A stretch of 64,000 nucleotides of DNA, from positions 32,001-96,000 of the forward strand of contig CAVYZN010000011.1 in assembly GCA_963773065.1 (NCBI GenBank), read 5' to 3'. Positions 33,966 to 44,230 of this stretch are shown here, piece by piece (the first letter of the stretch is position 1; each line of letters starts with the position of its first letter). The notes under the pieces were generated by a model. It saw only the letters and a program-made list of their open reading frames with translations, had not been told where the DNA came from and made no database searches. The position numbers and the translations under genes are program-made. Origin of the DNA: an uncultured Gammaproteobacteria bacterium. GTDB lineage: Bacteria > Pseudomonadota > Gammaproteobacteria > UBA9214.

Positions 33966-35086
33966 TGACGCAGTTCCTCATACAGCGCCGTGGCATCCTG
34001 GAGCGAGGTATCAAGCACCTGTTGAATGTAAGACAGTCCGGTGCCTTGTTCATGGATCATACGCTTGAGGGCGTTGAACAAGTCGGACTGGAACGCATGT
34101 TCACACGTTGCCATATAGAGTTTTGGCTCCGGCGGCAGGGGGTCAAATAACGCCTCGCTGATCAAAGGCCCGGGATGACTGTTGCGGACGGCATGGACCG
34201 TTTTTTCCTCCACATGCAATCCGGGTAACCCGGCGGCCTGCGCATAGCGTTTGACCTCCTGATAGATGGTGTTCAGGGAGATCATGTGGGTGCTGGCCTG
34301 CTGCTGCAAAGCCCGGATCACACCTTCTTCGCTACGCTTTTGACTGGCGGCATGATACGCCGCTTCGGCACAGAGCCTGGGAAAGAGCAGGGCGCCGGCG
34401 AATGCATCCGCGAAATCCTCGCCTTCCTCCTCTCCCGCGAGTTCTGGGGTGTACACATGGGCTAGTTCATGCGCCATCCAGAACTTGAAGTCTTCACGCC
34501 GGGTGTCGAGATTGAGGAAAATGAAGGTAACATCTTCCTGCGGCAGGCGGATATGCAGTGCGTTTTCGTGGCGCTGTTTGACACCCCACAGAACAGGTAT
34601 GAGTACCGCTCCGCTGTTTTTGAATTCGCCGATCAGATGTTCGTAATCGAGTACGGCTTGTTCGCCGATACCTAGGCGCGTCCTCGTTTGGGAAACCGCG
34701 GTCTGAAGCTTGTGGTAATCGGTCGATGGCGAGGTGATCAGTGTGCGCAGCACCTGCATCTCGGGCAGGTACGGAACTAATGGCTTGAGCAATTGGCCGA
34801 TCCCTACCGCTTTAACGATGTGTGAGTCGGTCGTCTTCGCGCTTCCTTTCTTTCGGAAGGCGACTACTGGACGGCCGTCGCCGCTTGTTTGTACCAACTC
34901 TTCAAAAGTCAGTCTGAGGGTTGTCGCGAGCTTAAGGAGCGTGGCGGGGCGAGGAAAATCTTTATTCTTCAGCCAATTCGTTACGGATTGGGCGGAAACC
35001 CCAACGACATCGGCCAACTGCTTTTGGTTTATACCGCTCTTTGTTAGGGCTGTCTGGAGTGCTTCGATGTTTATAGCCTTCCTCAT
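33962..35086 (-). CDS. XRE HTH + ImmA/IrrE zinc metallopeptidase
   Basis: NQKQLADVVGVSAQSVTNW HTH; F.MAHELAH HExxH; E.FAD.FAGALL. Confidence 0.88.
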   Translation of the reverse strand: MRKAINIEALQTALTKSGINQKQLADVVGVSAQSVTNWLKNKDFPRPATLLKLATTLRLTFEELVQTSGDGRPVVAFRKKGSAKTTDSHIVKAVGIGQLLKPLVPYLPEMQVLRTLITSPSTDYHKLQTAVSQTRTRLGIGEQAVLDYEHLIGEFKNSGAVLIPVLWGVKQRHENALHIRLPQEDVTFIFLNLDTRREDFKFWMAHELAHVYTPELAGEEEGEDFADAFAGALLFPRLCAEAAYHAASQKRSEEGVIRALQQQASTHMISLNTIYQEVKRYAQAAGLPGLHVEEKTVHAVRNSHPGPLISEALFDPLPPEPKLYMATCEHAFQSDLFNALKRMIHEQGTGLSYIQQVLDTSLQDATALYEELRH

Positions 35087-35209
35087 GTGAAGGAATTATA
35101 AGTACAGGTTGGCATAAATCAAGTTATTTCAAGTTTTGAGGGGGTAATCGGGTACGTACCCGAATGGTACTTACTTGGGCGGTTCCATGTATCGCCCGCT
35201 CACATGAGC

Positions 35210-35387
35210 GGACCCCCCGTTAGAACACTACGCGCCGGCTCAGTCGATGTACTCGAACAGCTTCACGACCCGCTGCACGCCGCCGACCTGGCGGGCCACC
35301 TCGGTAACGGCGTCGGCTTCCTTGCGGGTGACCAGCCCATCAGGTAAACCGTGCCGTTATCGGTCACCACCTTGATCCGGGTTCCGT
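35210..35387 (-). repeat. orphan duplicate of the dolP 3' end (direct repeat of 36120-36298)
   Basis: About 10 differences in 179 bp versus 36120-36298, counted by eye. Confidence 0.95.
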
Positions 35388-35681
35388 CTACCGCCGCCCC
35401 GCCCAATACCTCGGGCGGCGGCTGTGGTGGGCGATGGCGATGACGCGTATCGCCACGGACTGGATACGATAAACCAGTGAATAGGGATAAACATGCAACG
35501 GCAGGATGCGCGCGCCGAAGGGGCCCTGCCTGCCGAGTTCGGGAAACTGGCTCAGCAGATGCAGACTGTGTTCGAGTTTGTCGACAAATCCACCGGCGAC
35601 GGAAAACAATCCCTCCTCAATATACCAATCGACGGCATCCCGGCCGTCGGCTTTTGCTTCATCGCTTAGCGTTACCTGCAT
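35388..35681 (-). CDS. RelE/ParE family toxin
   Basis: EAKAD..AVDWY, FPELG, YPYSLVY and IAIAHHSRRPRYW motifs. Confidence 0.88.
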   Translation of the reverse strand: MQVTLSDEAKADGRDAVDWYIEEGLFSVAGGFVDKLEHSLHLLSQFPELGRQGPFGARILPLHVYPYSLVYRIQSVAIRVIAIAHHSRRPRYWAGRR

Positions 35682-35916
35682 CGGTCTCCGCAGTCTTGAT
35701 CCTCGCGCGCAGCTCGGTCATGACTTCCTCCATTGAATTCCATTTCGTGCGGCCCGCATCCATGTCTGCAATCCGGCGCGCGATCTCGGCCTCCCAGGCT
35801 GCCGCCACTTCCTCCTGCGATGCCACGCTAATCCAGAGCAGATCCGCCAGGTCGGCCCTCTCATCAGGGGTAAGTTGCATCGCTTCGGCTTTCAACTGCT
35901 CAAGGGTAGGTGACAT
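35659..35916 (-). CDS. addiction module antitoxin (TIGR02574-like)
   Basis: LTPDERADLA..LW.S..AWEAEIARR; overlaps the toxin start. Confidence 0.85.
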   Translation of the reverse strand: MSPTLEQLKAEAMQLTPDERADLADLLWISVASQEEVAAAWEAEIARRIADMDAGRTKWNSMEEVMTELRARIKTAETDAGNAKR

Positions 35917-36042
35917 GACGGCATCCTCCGGGAAGGGCGGGATGACCTGATGATACCAGTAGAACCATGATCGAAACAGACCCGATCCGCCGCGCGTTGT
36001 GACCTCCCAGACGACCGCCGGGGTTGTATCGCTTGCTTGCAT

Positions 36043-36066
36043 GTTCGCGACCAAGGTCGCTCCTAC
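36043..36066 (-). repeat. GTAG-family REP element
   Basis: Minus strand GTAGGAGCGACCTTGGTCGCGAAC: GTAG tag plus GCGACC/GGTCGC hairpin. Confidence 0.7.
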
Positions 36067-36149
36067 GGCGAACGATGCGCTTCAATCGGGAGGATGAGCA
36101 ATAACCTGCTGAGGTGACTGGACCTCCCGTTAGAACACTACGCGCCGCC

Positions 36150-36737
36150 TCAGTCGATGTACTCGAACAGCAACACGACCCGCTGCACGCCGCCGACCTG
36201 GCGTGCCACCTCGGTAACGGCGTCGGCTTCCTTGTGGGTGACCAGACCCATCAGGTAGACCGTGCCGTTGTCGGTCACCACCTTGACCCGGGTTCCGTTA
36301 AAGCCCTCGATGTCGGTGATGCGCAGGATCTCGATCTTCACCTTGGCGGTAACCAGCGAGTCGCTGGCGCGCGTCATGAAGGAACTGGGGGCGGCGATGA
36401 CCATCTCGTTGTGGATCTTGCGCACCATCGGGATGTCCTTGACGATGTTCTCCGCCTGACTGCGCAGCGCCGCGGTCGGGGCTTCGCCCGTCATCAGGAC
36501 TTCCCCGTTGTAGCTGGTGATCTCGACATGGATCTGGCTGTTGAGGTCCTTGTTCTCGATGATGGTGAAACGCGCCCTCACTTCAACCGTTTCATCGTCC
36601 ACGACCGCTCCGGGGGAGCGTCGCGAATTCGCTACGGCGGCGGTGCCGGCCACGGCGCCGCCGACGACAACGGGTGCGCAACCGTAAAGCAGATTGGTGG
36701 CGATCAACAGTGCGAGAATTCCATTGGTGAATTTCAT
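36150..36737 (-). CDS. dolP: dual BON-domain lipoprotein (YraP/DolP)
   Basis: LYGC lipobox, NGEVLMTGE and KVVTDNGTVYLMGLVT motifs; yra operon synteny. Confidence 0.88.
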   Translation of the reverse strand: MKFTNGILALLIATNLLYGCAPVVVGGAVAGTAAVANSRRSPGAVVDDETVEVRARFTIIENKDLNSQIHVEITSYNGEVLMTGEAPTAALRSQAENIVKDIPMVRKIHNEMVIAAPSSFMTRASDSLVTAKVKIEILRITDIEGFNGTRVKVVTDNGTVYLMGLVTHKEADAVTEVARQVGGVQRVVLLFEYID

Positions 36738-36741
36738 CAGT

Positions 36742-37708
<967 letters not shown>

Positions 37709-37710
37709 CC

Positions 37711-39615
37711 TCAAGGCGCCGGCATTCCGGTATCGGGGGCCGTTTCCACCCGGGAGTCGAGCGGGTAGGGGAGACCATTCCTGAACTGCGCCCACATCAG
37801 GGTGCGGTGAACCTGTTGGCGTTTATCGAGCGTGAGGTCGCCGGTTACGCCATGGTAAGAACCAAACAGGCCGCCCTCGACCCGCCCCAGGTAGGGGGTG
37901 ATGCGATAGGCGTCGATACCCAGTGCATAGAAACGTCCGTGACTCACGGCGTTGTCCGGCCAACGCTCGTTGATGGTCTGCCGCAGGTCCTGCCAGTCGC
38001 CGCCTGCCTCCAGCGTCCACGGCATGTCACAAAACAGCAGCCCGTTCAGATCCGTATCCCGGGATTGATCGGGACGGCCCGAGTAGACATGCGAGGTGCT
38101 GTAGACCGGCACGCGTTGCGCCCGGAAGAAGCTCAGTTGCGGGCGTATCAGGCGCGCCTGCTCGGGTGTGGCGAGGAGAAAGATGCAATCGACATCCTGG
38201 CGCCGCCGCGGTTCGAACTCGAGCGGCTGGCCTATCACCCGCACCAGGCTGGCCTGCCTCGCCTTGCTGCCATCGAGATTGAGGGCCGCGCTGATCACCC
38301 GGCTATGATCGGCTTCTTCCGGATTGTAAGACTGATGATCGAGCAGGCTGCCGCCCAGTGTTACCCATTCATCGGCAAAGGCCGCGTAGACACGCTCACC
38401 CCAACTGCCCTCGGGGACCAGGGTAATGACCCGTTGATGCCCGTCATGCCAGGCCCGCCGCGCGACTTCTCGCGCCTCGTCTTCCGGCGCCAAGCCGAAC
38501 TGGTATACCGATTGATTGACAGCCCCCTCTGTTTCGACCTGGTTAAGCGTGAGCACCGGAACCGGCAGTTGCTCCTGCGCCAGCAGCGCCAGGACGGCCT
38601 CCTTGCGCAAGGGTCCGATGACGAACCGCGCACCGTCGGTGACGGCCTGCTGATAGCGCGCCACGGCATCGGCAGGGTCCGCGCCGGCGTCATAGATGCG
38701 CAGTACCGGCCGGCGGCTGCCATCGGAGGTATCGTAATAGGCGGCCAGTATGCCGTTGCGGATGGCGGTGGCGGCTTCCGCCAGGGCGCCGCTCAGCGGC
38801 AGCAGGATGGCGACCTGCTGCGGCGGTTGGGCGGCGGTCCCCATGCGCTCGATCAATGCGGTGATGAAAGCCCCGCCGGCCGGGTGACCGGGGTAGCGCG
38901 TCCGCCAGTGCGGGATCACCTCGCCCAGGGATTGCGGCTGTTGCAGGTAAAGACGGGTGAGTTGCACCAGTTCCAGCCAGCCGCTCAGCGCATCCGGTGG
39001 CGGCGCCATGCGCATGTCCTGGAGTTCGGCATCCGTCAGCCGCGTGAGCGCCTCCCAGGTGGCGAACTGGTTATCCAGTTTCTGCTTCGGGTCATCCAGG
39101 AGCGTGTCGAGCGCGATGCGTTCGCGGGCGCTGGAGAGGTAGTTGTTGTCAAGCAGGTAGGCTTCGGCGCGCAGGCGATGATAGTCCGCCCGGTAGGGTC
39201 CGCCGGCGGGCACGGCCTGCAGGCGCTCCAGTGCCTGGTCGGGGTGATGCCGAAGGATGTCAAGCTGCGCCTGACTGACGTCATAATGCTGCCGCTGCGT
39301 TTCGGTCAGGCCCGAAGCGGCGATGCCGGCGAGGACGGCTTCGGCGCGATCGTAATCGCCGCCACGGTTCAGACTATCGACGCCGGCCAGCAGGTAGTCT
39401 TCTTTAAGGGGCGCGGCGGCTTGTTCGGCGGCTTGCAGGTAAACGGCCGCGGCGCCCTTGAAATCGCCGGCCGCCTCCAGCGTCTGCGCCTGCGCCTGGA
39501 GCCGGGTATCCGGGGCGGGGGTCGTCACGCGTGTTTCCGTGGCGCACCCGGCCGCCAGGAATATCCCGGCGGCGGCGATGAGGGCCAGGAGGGAAGTCAA
39601 GCGGGGTCGATGCAT
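37711..39615 (-). CDS. lpoA: penicillin-binding protein activator LpoA
   Basis: AAGC lipobox, LLPLSG, IGPLRK and ALGIDAY motifs. Confidence 0.9.
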   Translation of the reverse strand: MHRPRLTSLLALIAAAGIFLAAGCATETRVTTPAPDTRLQAQAQTLEAAGDFKGAAAVYLQAAEQAAAPLKEDYLLAGVDSLNRGGDYDRAEAVLAGIAASGLTETQRQHYDVSQAQLDILRHHPDQALERLQAVPAGGPYRADYHRLRAEAYLLDNNYLSSARERIALDTLLDDPKQKLDNQFATWEALTRLTDAELQDMRMAPPPDALSGWLELVQLTRLYLQQPQSLGEVIPHWRTRYPGHPAGGAFITALIERMGTAAQPPQQVAILLPLSGALAEAATAIRNGILAAYYDTSDGSRRPVLRIYDAGADPADAVARYQQAVTDGARFVIGPLRKEAVLALLAQEQLPVPVLTLNQVETEGAVNQSVYQFGLAPEDEAREVARRAWHDGHQRVITLVPEGSWGERVYAAFADEWVTLGGSLLDHQSYNPEEADHSRVISAALNLDGSKARQASLVRVIGQPLEFEPRRRQDVDCIFLLATPEQARLIRPQLSFFRAQRVPVYSTSHVYSGRPDQSRDTDLNGLLFCDMPWTLEAGGDWQDLRQTINERWPDNAVSHGRFYALGIDAYRITPYLGRVEGGLFGSYHGVTGDLTLDKRQQVHRTLMWAQFRNGLPYPLDSRVETAPDTGMPAP

Positions 39616-39735
39616 TGCAGGAGCTGTCAGGACGGGACCGATGGTTCAATCACCGGCTGACTCTACTGAAAAGCCGCTGCCCCGTCCAGTTAATGCCGGG
39701 GTAGGCCCCGTTCGGGGAATAATATTGCTAGCCTA

Positions 39736-39867
39736 GTGTCCATCCATAAACACCATTTTCACCGCAAAGACGCAAAGATCGCGAAGAAACTTATTAACAA
39801 AAACAATTAAACGGCTTTGCGTTCTTTGCGTCTTTGCGGTGAGTTTATGTTCTTTCTGGATGCACAC
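39736..39867. repeat. nested inverted-repeat element
   Basis: Perfect 20-bp IR TCACCGCAAAGACGCAAAGA (39759) / TCTTTGCGTCTTTGCGGTGA (39842) inside an outer IR GTGTCCATCCATAAA / TTTCTGGATGCACAC. Confidence 0.8.
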
Positions 39868-39897
39868 AGCCTATGCTCAATCGCCGAGGAGTTCACG

Positions 39898-40749
39898 ATG
39901 ACGAACCGGAAGGGAATGCTCTACGTGGTCGCCACGCCCATCGGTAATCTGCAGGATATTTCCGCGCGCGCCATCGCCACCCTGAAAAGCGTGTCGCGCA
40001 TCGCCGCCGAGGATACCCGTCATAGCGGCAAGCTGCTGTCGCATTACGGGATCAACACCCCGCTGGTGGCCTTGCATGAGCACAACGAACGGGAAGTCAC
40101 GCCGGGGCTGCTCGGCATGCTTGAAGCGGGCGATGATCTCGCCCTGATCTGCGATGCCGGTACGCCGCTGATCAGCGACCCCGGGTTTTGCCTGGTGCGC
40201 GCCGCGCGCGAGGCCGGGATACGGCTGGTGCCCGTGCCGGGTCCCGCGGCCGGCATTGCGGCATTGTCGGTCTCGGGCCTGCCCGCGGACCGCTTCGTAT
40301 TCGAAGGCTTCCTGCCCCCCCGGGCGGCGGCACGGCGAGCGCGTCTGGAGGTCCTGAAGGGGGAAACCCGCACCCTGGTATTCCACGAGTCATCCCATCG
40401 CATTGTCGAGTGCCTCGAGGACATGATGGCAATACTCGGCGGCGACCGGCCTGGCGTCATTGCGCGCGAACTCACCAAGGTGTTCGAGACCATCGAGAGC
40501 GGAAGCCTGGCCGCCCTGTCGGTCTGGCTGCAAGCCGACCCCAACCGGCAAAAGGGCGAGTTTGTCGTGCTGGTACAGGGAACCCCGCCGGCTGGCGACA
40601 CCGCGCTGGATGAAACGACCCGGCATGTGCTCGCGGTGCTGCTGGCGGAACTGCCGCTGAAACAGGCGGCCGCGCTGGCGGCGAAGATCACCGGGCTCTC
40701 GAGGAATGCGCTCTATGCGCAGGCGCTGCAGATGAAGCAACGGGGATAG
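39898..40749 (+). CDS. rsmI: 16S rRNA C1402 2'-O-methyltransferase
   Basis: LYVVATPIGNL, DAGTPLISDPG and RELTK motifs. Confidence 0.96.
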   Translation: MTNRKGMLYVVATPIGNLQDISARAIATLKSVSRIAAEDTRHSGKLLSHYGINTPLVALHEHNEREVTPGLLGMLEAGDDLALICDAGTPLISDPGFCLVRAAREAGIRLVPVPGPAAGIAALSVSGLPADRFVFEGFLPPRAAARRARLEVLKGETRTLVFHESSHRIVECLEDMMAILGGDRPGVIARELTKVFETIESGSLAALSVWLQADPNRQKGEFVVLVQGTPPAGDTALDETTRHVLAVLLAELPLKQAAALAAKITGLSRNALYAQALQMKQRG

Positions 40750-40792
40750 CTGAGGGCGTTACACCCAGACTCACACTAGCCCCGGTGGGCGC

Positions 40793-41872
40793 TTACCTTC
40801 CATGCCGGCGCAGCGCCCAGGCCACATGCTCCCGGACCAGTTCCGACGGGTCGTCCCGGCGGCGCTCGAGTGCGGCGAGCACTTCCGGGGAAGTCGGCGC
40901 ATTTCCCAGGGCGACGGCGATGTTGCGCAACCAGCAGGCATAGCCGATCCGGTGGATGGCGCTGCCCTGCAGTCTTGCCGCGAATTCCCCGGCGCTCCAG
41001 GAAAACAGGCGCACGAGCGCCGGCGCGTCCAGCGCGTTGCGGGTCCAAAAGTCGGCCTCGCCCGTGGCGCGGGCAAAGCGGTTCCAGGGGCAAATGAGCT
41101 GGCAGTCATCGCAGCCGTAGATGCGGTTGCCGAGCAATGGCCGCAGAGGCTCCGGAATGGAACCGCGCAGTTCGATGGTGAGGTAGGAAATACACCGGCG
41201 CGCATCCAACTGGTAAGGCGCCACGATGGCGCCGGTCGGGCAGATCTCCAGGCAGGCCTGGCAGGTGCCGCAATGGTTTTCCGCCGGCTGATCGGCCGGC
41301 AGCGGCAGGCTGGTGAACAGTTCTCCGATGAAAAACCATGAACCGGCCGCCTGGTTGAGCAGGTTGGTGTGTTTCCCGATCCAGCCCAGGCCGGCTTTCT
41401 GCGCCAGGGCCTTTTCCAATACCGGTGCGCTGTCGCTGAAGGCGCGGTAGCCGAACGGACCGGCCAGGGATTCGATCCGATCGGCCAGTTTCTGCAGGCG
41501 CCGGCGCAGGACCCGGTGATAATCCCGGCCCAAAGCATAGCGCGAGACATAGGCGAGGGCCGGATCCGCGATGACCCGCTCAGGATCGGCCGCACCGGGC
41601 GGCCAGTAGTTAAGACGCGCCGATATGACCCGCAGCGTGCCGGGCAGCAGCTCCCCCGGCCGGCTGCGGCGCGTGCCGTGACGTTGCATGTAATCCATCT
41701 CGCCCTGCCGGCCCTGGTCGAGCCAGTTCAGCAGATAGGCCTCGTGCTCGCCGAGTTCCGTATCGCTGATGCCGACCTGCTGAAACCCCAGTTCCATCCC
41801 CCAGCGTTTGATCTGGCTCGCCAGGGCCGGGTAATCGAGGTCGGGAGCGGCAGGCTGGGTCAGTTTTTCCAT
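40793..41872 (-). CDS. queG: epoxyqueuosine reductase
   Basis: YALGRDYH, DSAPVLEK, CGTCQAC and IYGCDDCQ motifs. Confidence 0.96.
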   Translation of the reverse strand: MEKLTQPAAPDLDYPALASQIKRWGMELGFQQVGISDTELGEHEAYLLNWLDQGRQGEMDYMQRHGTRRSRPGELLPGTLRVISARLNYWPPGAADPERVIADPALAYVSRYALGRDYHRVLRRRLQKLADRIESLAGPFGYRAFSDSAPVLEKALAQKAGLGWIGKHTNLLNQAAGSWFFIGELFTSLPLPADQPAENHCGTCQACLEICPTGAIVAPYQLDARRCISYLTIELRGSIPEPLRPLLGNRIYGCDDCQLICPWNRFARATGEADFWTRNALDAPALVRLFSWSAGEFAARLQGSAIHRIGYACWLRNIAVALGNAPTSPEVLAALERRRDDPSELVREHVAWALRRHGR

Positions 41873-41932
41873 GGTTGATTCGGCGGCTGGATTTTTACAT
41901 CGGCTTCACGGTATGTTGCCCTGGCTTACGGG

Positions 41933-42075
41933 TTCACCGCAAAGACGCAAGGGGTACAAAGACAGTAGTAGTATTGTACTGCTCCGCCGGATAGCTGATG
42001 GCAATATGTCCCGAGGACGGATTTTTCAGTTGTTATTGGTTTTTTTCTCCGCGTCCTTTGCGTCTCTGCGGTGAA
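41933..42075. repeat. second copy of the CACCGCAAAGACGCA inverted-repeat element
   Basis: TTCACCGCAAAGACGCAAG ... CTTTGCGTCTCTGCGGTGAA. Confidence 0.8.
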
Positions 42076-42153
42076 AAATTCTCGCTACCCGGTTCCTGAT
42101 GCATACCAAGGATGACATGACGACGACTGCTTCCCTTATACACCGCGGCGCAG

Positions 42154-43599
42154 GTGCGCGAACTCGATCGCGCGGCGATCGAGGAGGCCGGGATTCCCGG
42201 TGACATGTTGATGTCGCGGGCCGGCGCGGCGGCCTGGGAGGCCCTGCGCGGGGACTGGCCGGACGCACGGCGCCTCGTCGTGGTTTGCGGAACCGGCAAT
42301 AACGGGGGCGACGGCTACGTGCTCGCGCGCCTCGCGCTGCTGGCGGATTGCCGCGTCACGGTCATGCAAGTGGGCGATGCCGCGCGCCTTCGCGGCGATG
42401 CGCTGGCGGCGCGGGACGCCTATGTGGCGGCGGGCGGGGAAATCCATGCGGGTGATCTTACGCCGCTGGCGGGCGCCGAGGTGATCGTGGATGCCCTGCT
42501 CGGAACCGGGATCGAGCGACCCCTCGAAGGCGCGTGGTTGGCCGTTGTCGAGGCGATCAACCGGACGGCGGTCCCGGTCCTGGCCATCGATATTCCGAGC
42601 GGGCTGCAGGCCGATACCGGTGCGGTGCTCGGGGCCGCCGTGAAGGCGAAGCGGACGGTAACCTTTATCGGCCGCAAGCAGGGTCTGTACACCGGTCAGG
42701 CCGCCGAGTTCACCGGCGCGATCACGTTTTCCGACCTCGGGGTGCCGGCGAGCGTGTACCCGCGGGTGAAATCCGAGTCGCGCCTGGTGACGGCGGCGCC
42801 TCTGGGGTTGCTGGCGGCGCCGCGTCCGCGTGCCGCGCACAAAGGCGCGAACGGTCATGTGCTGGTGATCGGCGGTGATCACGGCATGAATGGCGCGGTG
42901 CGTCTGGCGGGTGAGGCTGCCTTGCGGGTCGGCGCCGGACTGGTCAGCCTCGCGACCCGCCCGGAACATGCGGCGGCGATTGCCGCGGCGTGCCCGGAAC
43001 TGATGAGTCATGGCGTCGGCGCCGTCAGGGATCTGCCCCCGTTATTGGCGCGCGCCACGGTCGCGGTGGTCGGGCCGGGGCTGGGGCGTTCCCCCTGGGC
43101 GCAGGCGCTCGTTGCCGCGGTGCTCGAAACCTCCCTGCCGCTGGTTGTCGATGCCGATGCGCTCAACCTGCTGAGCCAGGAACCGCTGCGGCGCGACAAC
43201 TGGGTGCTCACGCCCCATCCGGGTGAGGCGGCGCGTCTGCTGGGTCAGGACACCACCGCGGTTCAGGCTGACCGTTACGCGGCGGTGCGTTTGCTGGGCG
43301 AAACCTATGGCGGGGTCGCGGTGCTTAAAGGCGCCGGCACGCTGGTGTATCAGGCCGGCGCGCCGGTCGATGTGTGCGCGGCGGGAAATCCCGGGATGGC
43401 CGCCGGTGGCATGGGGGATGTGTTGAGCGGGGTGATCGCCGGCCTGATCGCTCAGGGACTCGACCTGCCGCAGGCGGCCACGGCCGGCGTGTGCCTGCAT
43501 GCCCGGGCGGGTGACCGCGCCGCGGTCAACGGCGAGCGGGGCATGACGGCGCGTGATGTCATCGATGAATTACGCGCCGTATTGAATGCCGGCGGATGA
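42154..43599 (+). CDS. nnr: bifunctional NAD(P)HX epimerase/dehydratase (true start probably about 40 bp upstream)
   Basis: GNNGGDG, DIPSG, LTPHPGEA and GMGDVLSG motifs. Confidence 0.94.
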   Translation: MRELDRAAIEEAGIPGDMLMSRAGAAAWEALRGDWPDARRLVVVCGTGNNGGDGYVLARLALLADCRVTVMQVGDAARLRGDALAARDAYVAAGGEIHAGDLTPLAGAEVIVDALLGTGIERPLEGAWLAVVEAINRTAVPVLAIDIPSGLQADTGAVLGAAVKAKRTVTFIGRKQGLYTGQAAEFTGAITFSDLGVPASVYPRVKSESRLVTAAPLGLLAAPRPRAAHKGANGHVLVIGGDHGMNGAVRLAGEAALRVGAGLVSLATRPEHAAAIAAACPELMSHGVGAVRDLPPLLARATVAVVGPGLGRSPWAQALVAAVLETSLPLVVDADALNLLSQEPLRRDNWVLTPHPGEAARLLGQDTTAVQADRYAAVRLLGETYGGVAVLKGAGTLVYQAGAPVDVCAAGNPGMAAGGMGDVLSGVIAGLIAQGLDLPQAATAGVCLHARAGDRAAVNGERGMTARDVIDELRAVLNAGG

Positions 43600-44087
43600 A
43601 CTCCGTCACTTTTTTTGTGCCGGATGCACGCGCCATGGATGAACTGGGTCAGCGTCTGGCGCGCTCCGCCAGGCGCCGGGGTGTGATTTACCTGCAGGGA
43701 GAACTCGGGACCGGCAAGACCACGCTGGTGCGCGGCCTGCTGCGTGGTTTGGGCTATCAAGGCAAGGTCAAAAGCCCGACGTACACCCTGGTTGAACCTT
43801 ATCCGCTTGACCGTCTAAGCGTTTATCACCTGGATCTTTACCGGCTGGGTTCACCCGCGGAAATCGAGGGGATCGGCATCCGCGATCTGCAGACCGACGA
43901 CGGCCTGTTGCTGGTTGAATGGCCTGAGCAGGGTGAAGGTGCGTTGCCGCCGGCGGATCTGATAATTTTCATGGCTTATCGGGATAACGGCCGCGAGTTG
44001 CGGCTGCAGGCCGTGACGGCCCAGGGCGAACGGCTGGCCGCAGCCTGTTTAAATCACGATCCTGCCGTTGGGCTAGCTGACAAGTGA
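43596..44087 (+). CDS. tsaE: t6A biosynthesis ATPase
   Basis: GELGTGKTT, SPTYTL and HLDLYR motifs. Confidence 0.96.
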   Translation: MNSVTFFVPDARAMDELGQRLARSARRRGVIYLQGELGTGKTTLVRGLLRGLGYQGKVKSPTYTLVEPYPLDRLSVYHLDLYRLGSPAEIEGIGIRDLQTDDGLLLVEWPEQGEGALPPADLIIFMAYRDNGRELRLQAVTAQGERLAAACLNHDPAVGLADK

Positions 44088-44230
44088 CAAATAGTTATCA
44101 CGGATCGTTTTGATCCCTCTGCAGGTTCCTGTCCTATCTCACAGACTTATATCACGTTTATTGCAAATCCCCTTGATTTGTGCATAGTATACGTGCGCGG
44201 TTGAAAAAAGATTCGGGGGCTTTTGTCGGC

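Noticed and set aside
37807-39660. Long antisense ORFs (for example 617 aa opposite lpoA, 560 aa opposite der)
   Set aside because: Shadow ORFs typical of high-GC codon usage, with no recognisable motifs
40750-40792. rnpB, often found after rsmI
   Set aside because: The gap to queG is only 43 bp and has no RNase P RNA motifs
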